Origin: an uncultured virus (IMG/VR IMGVR_UViG_3300026097_000002)
Taxonomy: Duplodnaviria; Heunggongvirae; Uroviricota; Caudoviricetes; Crassvirales
DNA length: 64,000 bases
Virus record (IMG/VR): IMGVR_UViG_3300026097_000002
Strand: one strand, 5' to 3'
How positions within the stretch are numbered: the stretch's first letter is position 1; each line of letters starts with the position of its first letter. Made by a program: the position numbers and the translations under genes. Shown piece by piece: positions 1 to 10,406 of the stretch. Under the pieces are notes generated by a model, which saw only the letters and a list, made by a program, of their open reading frames with translations, did not search any database and was not told the DNA's origin.

Positions 1-2
1 TA

Positions 3-1586
3 ATGGCGCAGACTAAGATTAAACTGATTGCCGATGGGGTTATTGATGCAAATAACCTTAAGGCTGGTCATACTATTACCACGGATAATATCGGTGAGGG
101 TACTAATTTATATTATACCGATGCGCGTGTAGGGTCGTATCTTTCAACGAATAGCTATGCTACTGAAGGGTATGTAACTACATCGGTGGCTAATCTTGTA
201 GATGCTGCCCCATCAACACTGGATACATTAAATGAATTAGCGGCTGCACTTGGTGATGACCCTAACTTTGCTACTACAGTAACGAATAGTATTGCTACGA
301 AGCTGCCATTAACCGGGGGCACAATATCTGGAAACCTTACTGTTGGTACAAATACGCTTTTTGTAGATTCCGCTAATAATAGAGTTTCTATAGGAGGAGG
401 CGTTGGTGGCGACGTTTTTACTATTTTTAGTTCAGGCTATCCACTTGTTAGATTCACCGATGGCAGTACCACTAGGGGCCTTTTAGGATATGTTTTTGAT
501 TGGGGATATTTTGGTTTGCAATCAGAATCTAACCTTGTTTTTAGAACAGGAACTTCAGGGGGTGCAGAAAGAATGCGCATAGACTCTTCGGGTAACGTAG
601 GGATAGGAACGAGTAGTCCAAGCAATACTACGCATATATACAAAAACGCTACTATGGGAAGCCCCGCCTCATTCACATCAGCAAATGCGGGGTTGAGAGT
701 GCAAGACAGCACTAATAGTATGTATTTTGATGGAAATGCTATTATAGCTGATGGTACGGGTGATTTTACATTTGGAACTACTAAAAGTTCTCCATTGATA
801 CTGCATACTAACGCCACAGAACGTATGCGCATAGACCCAAGCGGTAATGTAGGAATAGGTACGAGTAGTCCTGAGACTAAATTGCATATAAACGGAACGG
901 ATACTATTGTTTTAATAACAGAAGATAGCGAAGGAAAGGCTACTTTAAGGTTTGGGGATACACAAGGGTCTGTTAGCCAGTCAATGGCTTTAGCTTATAA
1001 TACAGGGGGCGGAGATTTTACTTTTACAGCTAACGGTTCTTCAGAAAGAATGCGCATAACGAGTGGAGGTGATGTTTTGTTTGGTACTACAGGAATACCT
1101 AACGGAACTTCTGTTTATGGGACTGCTTTTGAATCTACATCAAGTGGCAGAATGGAGTTGAACTTTGGTACATCTTCTGCGGGTTTTTTGTATCATATAA
1201 GATTTTGGAATCCCAACGGAGGGGTTGGAAGCATCAGCACAGAGGGTTCTTCAACTTCATTTAATACTTCTTCTGACTACAGATTAAAAGAGAATGTAGT
1301 ACCTATGGAAGGTGCTTTAGACAGAGTAGATGCTCTTAACCCTTCTCGATTTAACTTTATTTCTGACCCTGAAAAGACAGTAGATGGTTTCTTAGCACAC
1401 GAAGTGGCCGAGGTAATCCCTGAGGCTATTAGCGGAGAAAAAGATGCAGTAGATGAAGAAGGAAACCCTATCTATCAAGGTATTGACCAATCTAAGTTAG
1501 TTCCGCTTTTAACTGCAGCCATCCAAGAACTAAACGCTAAAATACAAGAATTAGAAAATAAATTAACCGCAAATGGCATTAACTAA
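3..1586 (+). CDS. Tail fibre protein with C-terminal intramolecular chaperone (peptidase S74-like)
   Basis: DTLNELAAALGDDPNF motif, several ERMRI-x-S-G-NVGIGT repeats, SDYRLKENV...GFLAHEV chaperone motif and terminal coiled coil. Confidence 0.85.
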   Translation: MAQTKIKLIADGVIDANNLKAGHTITTDNIGEGTNLYYTDARVGSYLSTNSYATEGYVTTSVANLVDAAPSTLDTLNELAAALGDDPNFATTVTNSIATKLPLTGGTISGNLTVGTNTLFVDSANNRVSIGGGVGGDVFTIFSSGYPLVRFTDGSTTRGLLGYVFDWGYFGLQSESNLVFRTGTSGGAERMRIDSSGNVGIGTSSPSNTTHIYKNATMGSPASFTSANAGLRVQDSTNSMYFDGNAIIADGTGDFTFGTTKSSPLILHTNATERMRIDPSGNVGIGTSSPETKLHINGTDTIVLITEDSEGKATLRFGDTQGSVSQSMALAYNTGGGDFTFTANGSSERMRITSGGDVLFGTTGIPNGTSVYGTAFESTSSGRMELNFGTSSAGFLYHIRFWNPNGGVGSISTEGSSTSFNTSSDYRLKENVVPMEGALDRVDALNPSRFNFISDPEKTVDGFLAHEVAEVIPEAISGEKDAVDEEGNPIYQGIDQSKLVPLLTAAIQELNAKIQELENKLTANGIN

Positions 1587-2685
1587 GGCAAGACTTATTG
1601 AAGATAACGCTATCAAAGCAGTACACATTGATGAAACAGCTACAGGTATAACCTTAGCTGATTTAACTGTTACTGGTGCTTTAAATGCTAATAGTGGTGT
1701 TACAGGTAATATAACAGGAACGGTATTAACTGCAGCACAGCCTAATATAACAAGTGTTGGAACTTTAACCGGCCTTTCGTTGAATAGTGAGTTGCAAATA
1801 AATGGTTCTTCAAATATTTCAACAATAAAAACTGATTCGGATAATAGTCTTATTGCCCTGATTGCAAGCCCTGAATTAATTGACAATAAGCCTAGGATAC
1901 AAATTATAGGGACAACGTTTGCGTCTGATCCTAACACGATTCAATATTTAGGCGGACAACATATATTCAAGTCAAGTGCTGCTGCAACGGAATATGTGCG
2001 CATAGACTCTTCAGGTAGGTTGGGGATAGGAACAAACTCACCCATTGCTTCATTAGATGTCTTTGGCTCCATCATCACAAGAAACTCTACTGGAGGTGGG
2101 GCGATAGGTATTGGAACAATCGCAGGTCGCGGACAATATCAATATTTGAATTTTGGAGGAGCCACAGGCGGAACAGATTATGGATGGCAAATTGGGCGTT
2201 CTCCTAATGCAGGAGGTATTATTAACGACGGTTTTTATATTTATGATATTAAAACAAATAATTCTCCTTTTAACATTGCGCTTGGAGGTAACGTAGGTAT
2301 TGGTACAACAGGTCCGTATGCAAAACTTACTGTTTATGGTGGTGTAGCTAATCCGCCGTCTGCTGGTGGAACACCGAATGTTGTTGGTATACCTGGATAT
2401 TTTGAAACAAGATCTTACGGTTTTGGTTGCACGACTAGCTTTACAACATTTTTTACGGTAGACGGAACTAACCTCACGTACCTTATTGTTTATAGGATAG
2501 GTCAATCAGATCTTACTTCAGTACCAAACGGGATGATAATGGTTTTTAAATCTCCAGGCCTAGGTATTAGTTATATAAGCGGAAGTAGCAGTTATATACA
2601 GGCTAGCGGTAATGATTTACAGATCAGAAGTGCATTCGGAAGTTACGGAACAGCTGTCACTATGCAAATAACTAGATTAGGATAA
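1573..2685 (+). CDS. Tail fibre / receptor-binding protein
   Basis: TAAQPNITSVGTL and GNVGIGT fibre repeats; lies between two fibre genes. Confidence 0.7.
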   Translation: MALTKARLIEDNAIKAVHIDETATGITLADLTVTGALNANSGVTGNITGTVLTAAQPNITSVGTLTGLSLNSELQINGSSNISTIKTDSDNSLIALIASPELIDNKPRIQIIGTTFASDPNTIQYLGGQHIFKSSAAATEYVRIDSSGRLGIGTNSPIASLDVFGSIITRNSTGGGAIGIGTIAGRGQYQYLNFGGATGGTDYGWQIGRSPNAGGIINDGFYIYDIKTNNSPFNIALGGNVGIGTTGPYAKLTVYGGVANPPSAGGTPNVVGIPGYFETRSYGFGCTTSFTTFFTVDGTNLTYLIVYRIGQSDLTSVPNGMIMVFKSPGLGISYISGSSSYIQASGNDLQIRSAFGSYGTAVTMQITRLG

Positions 2686-2689
2686 AGAT

Positions 2690-4456
2690 ATGGCGAACAC
2701 TAAGGTAACAGGTGACTTAATAGCTAACGGTACGGTAACAGCTACAAACTTAGCTGACGGATCGGTTACGGCTGCGAAGCTGAACAGTATCACTACAGAT
2801 AATATAACAGAGGGGACAAACCTGTTTTATACAGACGCAAGGGTTGGGAGTTACCTTTCTGGCAGCGGTTACGATACAGCAACGAATATCATCGCAACGA
2901 TTACAGATTCAGCCCCTACAACATTAGATACGCTAAACGAGCTTGCGGCCGCTTTAGGGGACGACCCAAACTTTGCGACAACTGTTACGAATTCTATTGC
3001 AACTAAATTGCCTTTAGCAGGGGGTAATATAACCGGGAATTTATCTGTTGATACGAATGTATTGTTTGTGGATACGGCTAATGATTTTGTTGGAATTGGG
3101 ACGACTTCACCGGCAACTGCCTTAGACGTGAGTGGACGGATACGTAGTTTAGAATTTACCGCAGATGATGGAACAGTTCAAACAGGATTTAACAGTAACT
3201 CTTTAATACAAATAAGCAGAGGAGCGGCTCCGTCTTTCTTGCAGTTTATTTCCCCAAATAATCAGCAACAGGCTATATTATTTGGAGATACTGACGATAC
3301 TGTTTCTGCTTCTTTAAGGTACGACCATAGCGGTGACTACATGTGGTTTGAAGTTAATAACGCAGAGCGTATGCGCATAGACGGAAGCGGCAACGTGGGG
3401 ATAGGTATATCTACGCCTCAGGCTCCATTGCATGTGATTGCTCCAAATTCTGCTAATAATAGTATAATTCAAGAGTGGTCATATACCAATGATACAGAAG
3501 ACCAATATAGCTTAATGCTAAAACAGACTGTTACAAGCCGCAATGTGCGTTATAATTTTTCGATGGTTAACGACGATGTTGCTTATGATGACACTTTAGT
3601 TTTGAGTAAAGGTTTTGTTGGTATAGGTATAACTGATCCAGAAAGAAAGCTACACGTTGCTGATGACGCTTCTACATATATACAAGTTGAAAGAACAACT
3701 GCTGGTAGCGAGGGTAATATATTGCTTGGCTGCGCTACTACTGTGAATGCACTTTATTCAAGAGATTCAGGGTCAGGTGATAGAGATTTCGCTTTTATTA
3801 CAGGGTCATCAGAAAGAATGCGCATAGACTCAAGCGGTAATGTAGGTATAGGAACTGTTCCTGTAGGCACAAGAGCCCCCCTTCACATTCATAAATCAAG
3901 CGGCGCAACGTACATTCATATGACAAACAATGACGTAGGAGGCACGGAAGATGATGGAACAAGTCTTATTGAAAATACAAATGGAGATTTTCTTCTTAGG
4001 AATAGGGAAAACGCAAATATTTTATTTTACACAAATAATATTGCAAGAATGACTATATCTCCAAGCGGGAATATAGGCGCTCCTTCAGGTACAAATATTT
4101 ATAATGCATCTGATAAGAGGTTAAAGCAAAACATTACGCCAATAGAAAGCGGGCTCAATGCTATATCTAATCTTAATCCTGTTAAATTTAATTGGATAGA
4201 AGGATTTGTTGAAAGCGAAGAGGGTAAAAATATGCTTGGGTTTGTTGCTCAAGAAGTTCAAAATGTAATACCAGAGGCGGTAGAAGGGTTCGGCGGAAAC
4301 AACTTAACAATTGGAGAGCAAGTAATAGAAAGCCCTCTACGAGTAAACGAAAAGTTTATTATACCTGTTCTCACAAAAGCTATTCAAGAACTAAAAGAAA
4401 TCATAGACAACCAACAACAGCAAATAAACGATTTAAAAGCACAGATCACTAAATAG
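2690..4456 (+). CDS. Tail fibre protein with C-terminal S74-like chaperone
   Basis: Same N-terminal module as 3..1586, ERMRID repeats, SDKRLKQNI...GFVAQEV motif. Confidence 0.85.
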   Translation: MANTKVTGDLIANGTVTATNLADGSVTAAKLNSITTDNITEGTNLFYTDARVGSYLSGSGYDTATNIIATITDSAPTTLDTLNELAAALGDDPNFATTVTNSIATKLPLAGGNITGNLSVDTNVLFVDTANDFVGIGTTSPATALDVSGRIRSLEFTADDGTVQTGFNSNSLIQISRGAAPSFLQFISPNNQQQAILFGDTDDTVSASLRYDHSGDYMWFEVNNAERMRIDGSGNVGIGISTPQAPLHVIAPNSANNSIIQEWSYTNDTEDQYSLMLKQTVTSRNVRYNFSMVNDDVAYDDTLVLSKGFVGIGITDPERKLHVADDASTYIQVERTTAGSEGNILLGCATTVNALYSRDSGSGDRDFAFITGSSERMRIDSSGNVGIGTVPVGTRAPLHIHKSSGATYIHMTNNDVGGTEDDGTSLIENTNGDFLLRNRENANILFYTNNIARMTISPSGNIGAPSGTNIYNASDKRLKQNITPIESGLNAISNLNPVKFNWIEGFVESEEGKNMLGFVAQEVQNVIPEAVEGFGGNNLTIGEQVIESPLRVNEKFIIPVLTKAIQELKEIIDNQQQQINDLKAQITK

Positions 4457-4463
4457 TATTACC

Positions 4464-4471
4464 TATATTTG
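4464..4471 (+). promoter_or_regulatory. Bacteroidota-type -7 promoter box TATATTTG
   Basis: Matches TAnnTTTG in an intergenic gap 25 nt before ATG 4497. Confidence 0.65.
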
Positions 4472-4496
4472 TAGTGCAACTATAATTTAATTTATC

Positions 4497-4727
4497 ATGT
4501 CAAAGATCACTAAAGAACAACTTAAAGAGCTTAACGAGAAGTACACCAACGTACAGCAGCTTAAGGTCTACGTGGGCGACCTAGAGGGTCAGAAACACAT
4601 TCTACTACACCAGCTTGTGGGGGCTCAGGACGAGCTACAGAAGATGCAGACAACGCTAGAGGAAGAGTACGGTAAGGTATCAATAGACCTTAAGGACGGT
4701 ACGTATACTGCTATAGAACAGGAGTAA
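4497..4727 (+). CDS. Small coiled-coil hypothetical protein
   Basis: Clean ORF after promoter; ends ..EEEYGKVSIDLKDG. Confidence 0.7.
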   Translation: MSKITKEQLKELNEKYTNVQQLKVYVGDLEGQKHILLHQLVGAQDELQKMQTTLEEEYGKVSIDLKDGTYTAIEQE

Positions 4728-4731
4728 CCTA

Positions 4732-4947
4732 ATGCGTATCAGGAAGCTTTCTATAGGCTCCGACTACAAGAACGCTATGCACTACATCGTAGGGCAGGAC
4801 GTCTTAGGTGGGAACTACGTCATAGAACAGATCGTCGAGTACGAAGACGGCTGGGGTGTGCTTATCAAGTCAGATGGCATCATACTGGAGTGGAAAAAGT
4901 TTGTGAACGTACCTGTAACAATAGAGTACAACATAAACCTCCTATGA
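4732..4947 (+). CDS. Hypothetical phage protein
   Basis: Clean ORF coupled to the next gene by an ATGA overlap. Confidence 0.7.
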   Translation: MRIRKLSIGSDYKNAMHYIVGQDVLGGNYVIEQIVEYEDGWGVLIKSDGIILEWKKFVNVPVTIEYNINLL

Positions 4948-5504
4948 CCCCACGCTACGGACACCTTATCACCCCGCTCGGATCTGAGTATAACAACACC
5001 AAGGACGTTGATGGCGTAGAGCTTGTGCTTAACACCACCATAGAGGACGCAGCTTACGTGAACAGGGTAGGTATACTAAGGAGGTCGAACGACCCTGAGA
5101 TCCCTGAGGGTTCAGAGGTAATCATTCACCACAACGTCTTTAGAACCTACCTTGATATGCGTGGGCGTAAGCGTAAGTCTAACGAGTACTTCAGAGATTC
5201 TTTGTACCTTGTAGACCCGGAGCGAGTATACCTGTTCAAGCACAAGGACAGGTGGAAGGCTACCAGGGACTGGTGCTTTGTGAAGCCAATCGATTACGTT
5301 CAGGACTCTGAGGTCATAAGAACCGACAAGGAGCAGAAGCACACAGGTGTGGTGGTCTACTCTAACTCTGTTCTAGAGTCCAAGGGGATAACCGAAGGCA
5401 CCCTAGTAGGGTTCACGCGTAACAGCGAGTACGAGTTCGAGGTAGACGGAGAGAAGATGTACCGAATGCAAACAAACGACATATGTCTGACCGTAGAAGA
5501 ATAG
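4944..5504 (+). CDS. Tandem GroES-like protein (probable start ATG 4944)
   Basis: Two GroES-like halves; the second has CFVKP...GVVVY...GITEGTLVGF...EFEVDGEKMYRM..NDI. Confidence 0.55.
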   Translation: MTPRYGHLITPLGSEYNNTKDVDGVELVLNTTIEDAAYVNRVGILRRSNDPEIPEGSEVIIHHNVFRTYLDMRGRKRKSNEYFRDSLYLVDPERVYLFKHKDRWKATRDWCFVKPIDYVQDSEVIRTDKEQKHTGVVVYSNSVLESKGITEGTLVGFTRNSEYEFEVDGEKMYRMQTNDICLTVEE

Positions 5505-5764
5505 AGCGCATCATAGAAGCTGGAGAGCGTGCTGTAGACGAGCTAATCAAAGTTCTTCGAAGCGAGATCATAACAGATGATCCAGACCACGATCTGGCAG
5601 CAGACAGGCTGAAGAACGCCGCAGCTACAAAGAAGCAAGCGATGACCGACGCCTTTGATATGCTTAACCGAATACAGCTAGAAAGAGATAAGTTAGATGG
5701 CCAAGAAACTAAGCAAGATACAGGATTCCACAGCTTCGTCGAGGGAAGAACCAAGAAGGCTTAG
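5483..5764 (+). CDS. Probable terminase small subunit
   Basis: Small helical ORF directly upstream of the large terminase. Confidence 0.5.
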   Translation: MSDRRRIERIIEAGERAVDELIKVLRSEIITDDPDHDLAADRLKNAAATKKQAMTDAFDMLNRIQLERDKLDGQETKQDTGFHSFVEGRTKKA

Positions 5765-7961
5765 TGTCACCATCCCTGACGCTGTACCCTCAACGGTAAG
5801 GAACTCTAAGAACAGGTCTAGGACGTGGAAGTACGGATACGACTCTAAGTACGATATCATTATAATATCTAAAGACGGAACACTTGGCGAAGTTATCGAG
5901 ATACAGAACCTACGAGTTGGACTACCAGCAGTACCTGATGGTCCGCATAAACGAAGCACAAAAAAGTCAGAGCAGTACTGGGAACCTTTTCCTGTACACA
6001 AGGAGCTTGACAGGATCAAGACCATCTTTCAGTGGAACGAGTACCCCGCAGACTTCAAAAGCAACTGGGTAAGCTACATAGAGACCGAGTTCGATAGAAG
6101 AGAGAACGGTTTCTGGTTCTACAACAACGGCACCCCTACCTACATAACAGGCTCGCACTACATGTACCTTCAGTGGACAAAGATCGACGTAGGTCACCCT
6201 GACTTCAGGGAGTCAAACAGACTGTACTTCATATTCTGGGAAGCCTGTAAGGCGGATGACCGCTGCTACGGTATGTGCTACCTTAAGAACAGACGCTCAG
6301 GGTTCTCGTTTATGTCTTCATCTGAGATCGTTAACCAGGCTACCATCACCTCAGACGCACGCTTCGGTATACTGTCCAAGACAGGGTCCGACGCCAAGAA
6401 GATGTTCACGGACAAGGTGGTACCGATATCGATAAACTACCCGTTCTTCTTCAAGCCTATACAGGACGGTATGGATAGACCTAAGACGGAGCTCGCCTAC
6501 CGCGTTCCAGCATCAAAGCTTACGCGTAAGTCTATAGAGGACACCTCTATGAGCTCAGTACTTGAGGGGCTAGATACCACCATAGACTGGAAGAACACAG
6601 GAGACAACAGCTACGACGGGGAGAAGCTACGGTTCCTAGTACACGACGAATCAGGTAAGTGGCTCCCACCAGATAATATATTAAACAACTGGCGAGTTGT
6701 GAAGACCACACTGCGTCTAGGTAAGCGTATCATCGGTAAGTGTATGATGGGTTCAACCTCTAACGCACTAGACAAGGGGGGGTCTAACTTTAAGAGAATG
6801 TACGAGGACTCTGATGTAACGGAGCGTAACGCAAACGGACAGACCAAGAGCGGTATGTACTCGCTGTTCATCCCTATGGAGTGGAACTTTGAGGGGTTCA
6901 TAGACCGCTACGGGCAACCTGTGTTCAGGAAGCCAGAGGATCCTGTGTTCGATGCGGTAGGTGACGTGATAGAGCAGGGCGTGCTAGACTACTGGGAGAA
7001 CGAAGTGGACTCACTAAAAACAGATGCAGACGCACTTAACGAGTTCTACAGACAGTTTCCTAGAACAGAATCTCACGCGTTTCGTGACGAAGCGAACAAT
7101 AGTTTGTTTAACTTGCAGCGCATCTACGAGCAGATAGACTTCAACGACGGGCTAGAAGCTCAGAGGGTGATCAAGAGGGGTGACTTCTCTTGGAAGGACG
7201 GTATAAGAGACTCGCAGGTGATATGGACACCTAACAGCAGGGGTAAGTTTATAGTAACCTGGATCCCTAAGCCTGAGCTAAGAAACAACGTAATACTAAA
7301 AGATGGAAAGAAACATCCTGGGAACATTCATATTGGCGCATTTGGATGTGACAGCTATGACATATCAGGAACTGTTGGCGGCGGTGGCTCTAACGGAGCC
7401 CTACACGGCCTAACCAAGTTCAATATGGACGACGCTCCGAGTGACCAGTTCTTCTTGGAGTACATAGCAAGGCCGCAGACAGCTGAGCTGTTCTTTGAGG
7501 ACGTGCTGATGGCTATCGTTTTCTACGGTATGCCTATACTGGCAGAGAACAACAAGCCGCGTCTACTTTACCACCTAAAGAACAGGGGATACAGAGCCTT
7601 TAGCGTAGATAGACCAGATAAGCACAAGAACGACCTGTCTAAGGCTGAGAGAGAGCTAGGAGGTATACCTTCATCACCAGCGGTTATATCTATACACGCA
7701 GAGGCTATAGAAGCCTACATAGAGCAGCACGTAGGACTCAGAGACGAGGGCACCGGTCAGATGTACTTTAACCGTACGCTACTGGACTGGGCGAACTACG
7801 ATATCGCAAAAAGAACGAAGTTTGATGCCACCGTTTCATCGGGTCTCGCTATAATGGCGAACCAGAAGTACCTGACCAAGCCAGAAAAGGGGGCTAAAGA
7901 AATAAATATTACCTTTGCAAGGTATAATAATAACGGTATAGTTAGTTCGAGAATATGGTAA
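5697..7961 (+). CDS. terL: Terminase large subunit (start uncertain)
   Basis: KNRRSGFS Walker A-like, LVHDESGK Walker B, GSTSN motif, nuclease GCDSYD; precedes portal. Confidence 0.9.
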   Translation: MAKKLSKIQDSTASSREEPRRLSVTIPDAVPSTVRNSKNRSRTWKYGYDSKYDIIIISKDGTLGEVIEIQNLRVGLPAVPDGPHKRSTKKSEQYWEPFPVHKELDRIKTIFQWNEYPADFKSNWVSYIETEFDRRENGFWFYNNGTPTYITGSHYMYLQWTKIDVGHPDFRESNRLYFIFWEACKADDRCYGMCYLKNRRSGFSFMSSSEIVNQATITSDARFGILSKTGSDAKKMFTDKVVPISINYPFFFKPIQDGMDRPKTELAYRVPASKLTRKSIEDTSMSSVLEGLDTTIDWKNTGDNSYDGEKLRFLVHDESGKWLPPDNILNNWRVVKTTLRLGKRIIGKCMMGSTSNALDKGGSNFKRMYEDSDVTERNANGQTKSGMYSLFIPMEWNFEGFIDRYGQPVFRKPEDPVFDAVGDVIEQGVLDYWENEVDSLKTDADALNEFYRQFPRTESHAFRDEANNSLFNLQRIYEQIDFNDGLEAQRVIKRGDFSWKDGIRDSQVIWTPNSRGKFIVTWIPKPELRNNVILKDGKKHPGNIHIGAFGCDSYDISGTVGGGGSNGALHGLTKFNMDDAPSDQFFLEYIARPQTAELFFEDVLMAIVFYGMPILAENNKPRLLYHLKNRGYRAFSVDRPDKHKNDLSKAERELGGIPSSPAVISIHAEAIEAYIEQHVGLRDEGTGQMYFNRTLLDWANYDIAKRTKFDATVSSGLAIMANQKYLTKPEKGAKEINITFARYNNNGIVSSRIW
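7910..7917 (+). promoter_or_regulatory. -7 box TACCTTTG upstream of portal
   Basis: TAnnTTTG 37 nt before ATG 7955. Confidence 0.5.
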
Positions 7962-10372
7962 ATCTTTCCGCGTATGGATTTCCCGACCAGTTAGCCTCTG
8001 ACTCAGAAAAGAATTCTGTTGAGTACGGTTTAGCCGTAGGCAAAGCAATAGAGTCTGAATGGTTTAGAAGGGACGGTGGTGGATCATCTAGATTTTATAA
8101 CAGCAGGGATACCTATCATAAGCTACGCACCTACGCGATGGGTGAGCAGTCTACAAGGAAGTACAAGGACGAGCTCTCCGTTAACGGGGATATATCGTAC
8201 CTAAACCTAGACTGGACACCTGTTCCTATCATCCCTAAGTTTGTGGACATCGTTGTGAACGGTATGTCTAACAGGCTGTTTGATATCAAGGCAGAAGCTG
8301 TAGATCCAGTGTCTTCTAATAAGAAGGCGGTATATAAGAACAGGATACAGACCGAGATGCGTAACAAGGACCTGTTCGAGCAGATAGGTGCCGTACTAGG
8401 TCAGGATATGTTCTCAATGGAAGCGGACTCGCTACCACAGAACGATGACGAGCTTGACCTGCATATGATGATCGACTACAAGGACGACATCGAGATCGCA
8501 GAGGAGAAGGCAATCGACGCTATACTAAAGCAGAACAACTACGAGCTACTAAAGAAGCGCTTTGACGAGGACGCCACGGTTGTGGGGATATCTGTCGCTA
8601 AGCACTCCTTTAACCTGCACGACGGTATCAAGATCGACTACGTAGACCCAGCTAACTTTATATTTAGCCCAACAGAGGATCCTTACTTTGAGGACTGCTA
8701 CTACTTTGGAGAGGTCAAGAACGTAAACATAACAGAGCTAAAGAAGATAGACCCAACGCTTACTAAAGAAGATCTTAAGAAGATCGCTCAGGAGTCAAGC
8801 AAGTGGGACACATACCAAGGGGTTAAGGGTACCTTTAACTCGAACAACACAAACTTTGATGGTAATACTGCTACTCTACTTTATTTCGCTTATAAGACTG
8901 ACAGAACTATCAAGTACAAGAAGAAGAAGACGGCGCTAGGCAACGATAAGGTCATCCAGAAAGACGGGGACTTTAATCCAGACCCTAACGATGAGCGATT
9001 CGAGGTGCTTAGCAGAAAGATGGACGTGTGGTACGAGGGCGTTGTAGTTCTGGGTACCAACTACGTTCTTAAGTGGGAGGTGATGAAGAATATGGTGAGA
9101 CCTAAGTCTGCCGTTCAGAAGGTGCTCCCTCCGTTTGTAGTCTCTGCACCTAAGATGTACAGGGGACAGATCGACTCACTGGTGAAGAGAATGGTTCCGT
9201 TCGCGGACCAGATACAGCTTATACACCTAAAGCTACAGCAGGTAGCCTCTAAGATGATCCCAGACGGGGTGTTCTTAGATCTAGATGGACTAACCTCTAT
9301 CAACCTAGGTAACGGTAACACCTACACGCCGCAGGAGGCACTTAATATGTACTTCCAGACCGGTTCAGTTGTAGGTAGGTCTATGACCGAGGAGGGTGAG
9401 TTTAATCACGGAAAGGTTCCGGTACAGGAGCTTACCTCATCTGGAGCCAATAGCAAGATCAGCTCGCTTATTAATATGTATAACTACAACCTAAGTATGC
9501 TTAGGTCTGTTACAGGTCTTAACGAAGCTAGGGACGGCAGTATGCCTGACCCAGACTCTCTGGTTGGTATACAGAAGCTTGCTGCACTTAACTCGAACAC
9601 AGCTACAAGACACGTACTTAAGTCAGGACTGTTTATCACACAGAGACTTGCTGAGTGCATCAGCAACAGGATATCTGATATACTAGAGTACTCCGACATG
9701 AAGGACGACTTCATTAAGAGTATAGGAAGAAACAGCGTAGAGCTTCTTGACGAGATCAAGGAACTTAACCTGCACGACTTTGGTATCTACATCGAGCTAC
9801 ACCCTGACGAGGAGGAGAGAAATATGCTGGAGCAGAACATCCAGATATCTATTTCTGCAGGTAAGATAGACATAGACGACGCTATAGACATTAGATCTAT
9901 AAGGAACATCAAGATCGCCTCTCAGCTACTTAAGGTACGTAAGAGAAGGAAGGAGAAGATGGATCAGAAGCGTCAGCAGGAGAACATAGCCCTACAGGCT
10001 GAAGCCAACCAGCAGGCGACGTTAAGCGCAGAGCAGGCGAAGCAGCAGACCGTATATGTAGAGGCAGAGACAGAGGCTAAGATTATTCAGCTTAAGGCTC
10101 AGATAGAGATGGAGCGTATGCAGCAGGAGTTCCAGCTAAAGGCTCAGCTCATTCAGCTACAGAAAGGTATGGACGGCCAGATAAAGCAGTCGGAGATACA
10201 GTTTCAGCTAGACAAAGAGAAATACAAAGAGGATCGTAAGGATCAGAGAACCGCTAAGCAGGCTTCTCAGCAATCAAAGTTAATCCAGCAGAGGAATCAG
10301 GATCTAGACCCTATTGACTTCGACGGACAGGACTCACTTGGTTCTGGACTTGAAGGGATGTTAGGTTTATAA
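7955..10372 (+). CDS. Portal protein
   Basis: 805 aa after TerL; PIIPKFVDIVVNGM motif; long Gln-rich C-terminal helical barrel typical of podovirus portals. Confidence 0.85.
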   Translation: MVNLSAYGFPDQLASDSEKNSVEYGLAVGKAIESEWFRRDGGGSSRFYNSRDTYHKLRTYAMGEQSTRKYKDELSVNGDISYLNLDWTPVPIIPKFVDIVVNGMSNRLFDIKAEAVDPVSSNKKAVYKNRIQTEMRNKDLFEQIGAVLGQDMFSMEADSLPQNDDELDLHMMIDYKDDIEIAEEKAIDAILKQNNYELLKKRFDEDATVVGISVAKHSFNLHDGIKIDYVDPANFIFSPTEDPYFEDCYYFGEVKNVNITELKKIDPTLTKEDLKKIAQESSKWDTYQGVKGTFNSNNTNFDGNTATLLYFAYKTDRTIKYKKKKTALGNDKVIQKDGDFNPDPNDERFEVLSRKMDVWYEGVVVLGTNYVLKWEVMKNMVRPKSAVQKVLPPFVVSAPKMYRGQIDSLVKRMVPFADQIQLIHLKLQQVASKMIPDGVFLDLDGLTSINLGNGNTYTPQEALNMYFQTGSVVGRSMTEEGEFNHGKVPVQELTSSGANSKISSLINMYNYNLSMLRSVTGLNEARDGSMPDPDSLVGIQKLAALNSNTATRHVLKSGLFITQRLAECISNRISDILEYSDMKDDFIKSIGRNSVELLDEIKELNLHDFGIYIELHPDEEERNMLEQNIQISISAGKIDIDDAIDIRSIRNIKIASQLLKVRKRRKEKMDQKRQQENIALQAEANQQATLSAEQAKQQTVYVEAETEAKIIQLKAQIEMERMQQEFQLKAQLIQLQKGMDGQIKQSEIQFQLDKEKYKEDRKDQRTAKQASQQSKLIQQRNQDLDPIDFDGQDSLGSGLEGMLGL

Positions 10373-10380
10373 AATCTTTT

Positions 10381-10388
10381 TACCTTTG
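10381..10388 (+). promoter_or_regulatory. -7 box TACCTTTG upstream of scaffold/capsid operon
   Basis: Intergenic TAnnTTTG. Confidence 0.65.
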
Positions 10389-10406
10389 CCCTAAATTTAA
10401 TATAAT

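Noticed and set aside
1..4456. Diversity-generating retroelement or invertase shufflon acting on fibres
   Set aside because: No reverse transcriptase, recombinase or adenine-variant template repeat seen
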